DNA of 64,000 bases from positions 7,409-71,408 of the forward strand of contig JAZLKR010000040.1 of NCBI GenBank assembly GCA_045597705.1, read 5' to 3'. Positions 57,978 through 64,000 of the stretch are shown here, one piece after another; positions within the stretch are counted from its first letter, which is position 1, and each line of letters opens with the position of its first letter. The translations under genes were made by a program, and so were the position numbers. The DNA is from Acetatifactor sp. Its GTDB lineage: Bacteria; Bacillota; Clostridia; Lachnospirales; Lachnospiraceae. The notes under the pieces are model-generated. The model worked only from the letters and a program-made list of their open reading frames with translations, ran no database searches and was not told where the DNA came from.

Positions 57978-59015
57978 ATGGAACTGGATGAGAGAAAAAA
58001 GAAGATCCTGCAAGCGGTCATTCGAAATTATCTCGAAACAGGTGAGCCTGTAGGCAGCAGAACCATTTCAAAGTACACCGACCTGAATTTAAGCTCCGCA
58101 ACCATCCGAAACGAGATGGCTGACCTGGAGGAGATGGGCTACATCATTCAGCCCCATACCTCCGCAGGCCGTATTCCTTCCGATCAGGGCTACAGACTTT
58201 ACGTCGACACCATGATGGAAGATAAGGAACGTGAAGTGGTGGAAATGCAGGAGATGATGGTAGCCAGACAGGACAAGATGGAAACCTTGCTGAAGCAGGT
58301 GGCAAGAGTCCTGGCGCAGAACACACAGTACGCTACCATGATTTCAGCTCCTCACACCAGAGGCAACAAGCTGAAATTCATCCAGTTGTCCAGAGTGGAC
58401 GCCGGACAGCTCCTGGCTGTTATCGTGGCAGAGGGCAACATCATTAAGAACAAGCTTCTTCAGGTGAACGAGATTCTGGATGATGAAACACTTTTGAAAC
58501 TGAACATTCTGTTGAACACAAACCTCAACGGATTGTCCATCAATGAAATCAACCTTGGTATGATTGCTTCCTTAAAACAGCAGGCCGGCAGCCATGTAAG
58601 TCTGGTCAGCGAAGTCATCGATGCGGTGGCCGAAGCAATTCAGGCGGAGGAGGACCTGCAGGTTTACACCAGCGGTACCAACAACATCTTCCGTTACCCT
58701 GAGCTGGCAGACCAGCAGAGAGCCAGTGAGTTGATTAATACCTTCGAAGAGAAGCAGGTGCTTGGCGAACTGCTCCACGGAATCTCCGAGGACAAGGAAA
58801 ACACAGGCATTCAGGTTTACATCGGAGCAGAGACACCGGTCTCAAGCATGCGGGATTGCAGTGTTGTCACCGCAACTTATGAATTGGGAGACGGCATGAA
58901 GGGTACAATCGGTATTGTAGGACCGAAGAGAATGGATTACGACAAGGTGGTTAACACCTTGAGAACCATACAAAGTCAGTTGGACGATTTATATCGGAAG
59001 AATGACGGGAACTAG
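57978..59015 (+). CDS. hrcA: Heat-inducible transcription repressor HrcA
   Basis: EPVGSRT, SSATIRNEMADLE, PHTSAGRIP, GPKRMDY motifs. Confidence 0.97.
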   Translation: MELDERKKKILQAVIRNYLETGEPVGSRTISKYTDLNLSSATIRNEMADLEEMGYIIQPHTSAGRIPSDQGYRLYVDTMMEDKEREVVEMQEMMVARQDKMETLLKQVARVLAQNTQYATMISAPHTRGNKLKFIQLSRVDAGQLLAVIVAEGNIIKNKLLQVNEILDDETLLKLNILLNTNLNGLSINEINLGMIASLKQQAGSHVSLVSEVIDAVAEAIQAEEDLQVYTSGTNNIFRYPELADQQRASELINTFEEKQVLGELLHGISEDKENTGIQVYIGAETPVSSMRDCSVVTATYELGDGMKGTIGIVGPKRMDYDKVVNTLRTIQSQLDDLYRKNDGN

Positions 59016-59029
59016 AAAGGAAATGTGAT

Positions 59030-59662
59030 ATGTCCGATCAGGAAAAGGAAATTTTGGAAGAAGAAATGAAGGAGGCTGCTGAGGCTGAGGCTGCGGAAGA
59101 AACCACAGAAGAAGCGGAGGAGGCAACCGAAGAAGAAACCGAGGAAATCCCCGAGGGCGAAACACCACTTACCTGGGCAGAGAAGAGAGCGGCAAAGAAA
59201 GCTGCCAAGGCAGACAAAAAGGCAGATGCCTACAAGGAACAGATTGAGCAGTTGGAGGATAAGGTAAAGCGTCAGCTGGCCGAGTTCGAAAACTTCCGCA
59301 ACAGAACCAACAAAGAAAAGCAGCAGATGTTTGAGACCGGCGCCAAGAGCGTTATCGAGAAGATCCTTCCCGTGGTTGATAACTTTGAAAGAGGACTTGC
59401 AACTGTTCCCGCTGACAAGGCGGAGGATCCCTTCGTAGAAGGAATGAACAGAATTTACAAGCAGCTGATGACCGAGCTTGCAGCACTGGATGTAAAGCCC
59501 ATCGAGGCAGTCGGTGCAGAGTTCGATCCCAATCTCCACAATGCAGTAATGCAGGTGGCAAGCGAGGAACTGGAATCCGGTTTCGTAGCACAGGAACTTC
59601 AAAAAGGTTATACCTACCGTGACAGCGTGGTTCGCCACTCAATGGTTGCAGTAGTTGAATAA
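59030..59662 (+). CDS. grpE: Nucleotide exchange factor GrpE
   Basis: AEFENFR.R, LPVVDNFER, FDPNLHNAV, QKGY motifs. Confidence 0.96.
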   Translation: MSDQEKEILEEEMKEAAEAEAAEETTEEAEEATEEETEEIPEGETPLTWAEKRAAKKAAKADKKADAYKEQIEQLEDKVKRQLAEFENFRNRTNKEKQQMFETGAKSVIEKILPVVDNFERGLATVPADKAEDPFVEGMNRIYKQLMTELAALDVKPIEAVGAEFDPNLHNAVMQVASEELESGFVAQELQKGYTYRDSVVRHSMVAVVE

Positions 59663-59680
59663 AGCTAATAATAATTTTAG

Positions 59681-61573
<1,893 letters not shown>

Positions 61574-61603
61574 TCAGTGAAACCTAGAAAGGCATGAGTT
61601 AGT

Positions 61604-62788
61604 ATGGCAGAACAGAAACGAGACTATTATGAGGTTCTCGGTATAGATAAAAGTGCAGACGAAGCTGCTATTAAAAAAGCATACCGTGCGCTGGCTAAAA
61701 AATATCACCCCGATGTAAATCCCGGTGATGCGGAGGCTGAGAAGAAATTCAAGGAAGCCTCCGAGGCTTATGCCGTATTGAGTGACCCGGATAAGAAGAG
61801 ACAGTACGACCAGTATGGCCACGCTGCCTTTGATGGCGGTGCAGGCGGAGCCGGCGGCTTTGATTTCAACGGCGCAGACTTCGGCGATATTTTCGGCGAT
61901 CTGTTCGGTGATTTCTTCGGCGGCGGCAGAGCACGCAGCGCGCAGAACAACGGCCCCATGAAGGGTGCAAACCTGCGTACCAGCGTTCGTATTACCTTTG
62001 AGGAAGCTGTATTCGGCTGTAAGAAGGAAATCGACCTCACTGTAAAAGAAACCTGTAAGACCTGTAACGGTTCCGGCGCAAAGCCCGGCACCTCTCCCGA
62101 AACCTGTACAAAGTGCGGCGGTAAGGGTCAGGTTGTATTTACCCAGCAGTCCTTCTTCGGCACCGTACGTAATGTACAGGCGTGTCCCGATTGCGGCGGT
62201 AAAGGTAAGGTAATCAAGGATAAGTGTACCGATTGTCGCGGCACGGGCTATATCCCTATGAAGAAGAGATACTCTGTGGATATTCCCGCAGGTATTGATA
62301 ACGGCCAGTCAACCCGTATGCCCGGTCTCGGAGAGCCCGGCATCAACGGCGGCCCCAGAGGAGATGTTCTTGTTGAGGTTATTGTAGGAAGACATCCTAT
62401 TTTCCAGAGACAGGATTTCGATATCTTCTCAACCGTTCCCATTTCCTACGCAGTAGCAGCTCTCGGCGGCGAGATCTTAATCGATACCGTTGACGGCAAG
62501 GTTATCTACGATGTGAAGGCAGGAACACAGACAGACACCAGAGTTCGTCTGACAGGCAAGGGCGTACCTTCCTGGAGAAACAGAGACCAGCGCGGTAATC
62601 ATTATGTTACCCTGGTTGTGCAGACTCCCGACAAGCTCAGCCATGAGGCAAAGGAACTGCTGAAGAAGTTCGATGAACTTACCGGCGATTCCCTGAACGC
62701 AGTTGCGAAGGCTTCTGCAGAGAAGGAGCAGGGAGAAGAAGGTAAAGAGGCCAAAGACGGCAAGAAGAAAAAGTTCTGGGAGAAATAA
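61604..62788 (+). CDS. dnaJ: Chaperone DnaJ
   Basis: J-domain HPD, G/F region, four CxxCxGxG repeats. Confidence 0.98.
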   Translation: MAEQKRDYYEVLGIDKSADEAAIKKAYRALAKKYHPDVNPGDAEAEKKFKEASEAYAVLSDPDKKRQYDQYGHAAFDGGAGGAGGFDFNGADFGDIFGDLFGDFFGGGRARSAQNNGPMKGANLRTSVRITFEEAVFGCKKEIDLTVKETCKTCNGSGAKPGTSPETCTKCGGKGQVVFTQQSFFGTVRNVQACPDCGGKGKVIKDKCTDCRGTGYIPMKKRYSVDIPAGIDNGQSTRMPGLGEPGINGGPRGDVLVEVIVGRHPIFQRQDFDIFSTVPISYAVAALGGEILIDTVDGKVIYDVKAGTQTDTRVRLTGKGVPSWRNRDQRGNHYVTLVVQTPDKLSHEAKELLKKFDELTGDSLNAVAKASAEKEQGEEGKEAKDGKKKKFWEK

Positions 62789-62794
62789 GATATT

Positions 62795-62828
62795 AAAAAA
62801 CTCCGACTAGATGCAGTCGGAGTTTTTT
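62795..62828 (+). terminator. Terminator after dnaJ
   Basis: AAAAAACTCCGACT-agatgc-AGTCGGAGTTTTTT. Confidence 0.85.
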
Positions 62829-62857
62829 CGTAACTTTAGAACGGAGGGCAAAGGCAC

Positions 62858-63475
62858 ATGAAATTTCTGTACGGTACCGGAAATGAAGCAAAAATCGATG
62901 TGATGCGGCGTAAACTGGCGCCTTTGGGAATCGAACTGATCGGACTCCGTGATCTGGAGGGAGAACCTCCGCAGGTGACAGAGGACGGCAATACGCCTCT
63001 GGAGAATGCCCGCAAGAAGGCTTTGGCCTATTACAAGGCTTACGGGATGCCGGTTTTTTCCTGCGATTCCGGTTTGTATTTTGATTCTCTGCCGGACGAG
63101 ATGCAGCCCGGGGTACATGTGCGTACTGTAAAGGGTAGGGTTTTGACTGACGAAGAGATGACAGAGTATTATGCAGGACTGGCGAGAGAGTACGGCGATA
63201 TTACCGCCCGATATCGAAACGCCATCTGCCTGGTGTTGGATGAGACAAGGATTTATGAGGCCATGGATGAGGATATGGCAAGCGAGCCATTTCTCCTGAC
63301 GAGTGTGCCGGCGGGGCCCATTCGCCAAAAAGGCTTTCCGCTGGATTGTATCTCTATGGACATTCGCACCAAAAAGTATTATTATGACATGAACAATGAG
63401 TTGTTGGACACAATAGCGGTCGAGGATGGTTTCTTGCGTTTTTTTGAAACTGTTGCGAAAGGCGTGAAAGAATAG
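62858..63475 (+). CDS. Ham1/RdgB-like non-canonical NTP pyrophosphatase
   Basis: GTGNEAK, E.G.TP.ENA..KA, DSGL, PG motifs. Confidence 0.75.
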   Translation: MKFLYGTGNEAKIDVMRRKLAPLGIELIGLRDLEGEPPQVTEDGNTPLENARKKALAYYKAYGMPVFSCDSGLYFDSLPDEMQPGVHVRTVKGRVLTDEEMTEYYAGLAREYGDITARYRNAICLVLDETRIYEAMDEDMASEPFLLTSVPAGPIRQKGFPLDCISMDIRTKKYYYDMNNELLDTIAVEDGFLRFFETVAKGVKE

Positions 63476-64000
63476 ATGAAGATTGAACGAGTAGACGAGA
63501 AGACAGTAAAGTGTTTCCTGTCCAATGCGGACCTTGCGGAATATGAGCTGGATTACAAAGACTTTATTGAACATACAGACAGAGCCAAGGAAATTGTGCA
63601 CGAGATTATGGAGCAGGCTACCGAGCAGGTAGGCTACAAGCCCCCTCAGTTTGCATTTGATTTGCAGATTATGGTGGTTCCCGAGCACGGCCTGGTGCTG
63701 ACATTCTCCGAGAGAGAGCCCGGCGAAGAAGAGGGACACAACCCGCTGATGGAGGCGCTGAAGGAAATGAAGCGCATGATGCAGCAGAATGCCGGCGAGA
63801 AGAAGCAGACGAAGGAAGAGAAAACTGCCAAGGAAGAAAAGGCGCCTGAGGCAAAGGATGTGCTGGCGAAGAAGCCTGAGCAGGCAACCTTTGTTTTCTC
63901 CAGCCTGCGCAATGTGATTACCTATGCGTCCTGCCTGCCTAAAAATCTCAGAGTGGAAAGTGCTTTGTTCGAGATGGACGGTTACTACTATCTGTACCTG
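63476..64000 (+). CDS. mecA: Adaptor protein MecA (3' end runs off the window)
   Basis: Read manually: MKIERVDEKTVKCFLS..DL, ...LVLTFS, later FVFSSL..V and SALF..DG.YYL, which match the MecA N- and C-domain patterns. Confidence 0.8.
   Translation, partial: MKIERVDEKTVKCFLSNADLAEYELDYKDFIEHTDRAKEIVHEIMEQATEQVGYKPPQFAFDLQIMVVPEHGLVLTFSEREPGEEEGHNPLMEALKEMKRMMQQNAGEKKQTKEEKTAKEEKAPEAKDVLAKKPEQATFVFSSLRNVITYASCLPKNLRVESALFEMDGYYYLYL

Overview
64-kb chromosomal window of a Firmicute. Gene content and codon style suggest Clostridia, probably Lachnospiraceae-like; this is an inference. It is mostly housekeeping and metabolism: ABC exporter and ABC-F, an MBOAT/DHHW O-acylation pair, rsmA, glgB, trmB, trxA, a LytTR/DUF3021/ABC module, ftsH, the uvrC-hprK-glcK-murB-rapZ-whiA-HPr cluster, fba, an LRR/Ig surface protein, GH95 and GH27 glycosidases, a beta-CASP nuclease, hflKC, a YhfC/MerR/YbjQ operon, glpK, uppP and the CIRCE-controlled hrcA-grpE-dnaK-dnaJ operon followed by mecA. 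I saw no rRNA, tRNA, transposase, integrase or cas gene. The most striking unexplained signal is a 354-bp intergenic array between ftsH and uvrC (23327-23680). It has seven ~53-bp units, each a 10-bp inverted repeat (consensus TTRCCATYRA / TYRATGGYAA) around an exactly 18-nt variable core, separated by 14-15-nt variable linkers. Other candidates are a 160-nt rod-like hairpin element (48211-48370), a putative orphan sRNA (~42150-42270), a membrane-tethered MerR plus intramembrane protease operon, and a TPR-acidic linker-pseudoAAA protein. All product calls come from motif recognition by eye, not from database searches.
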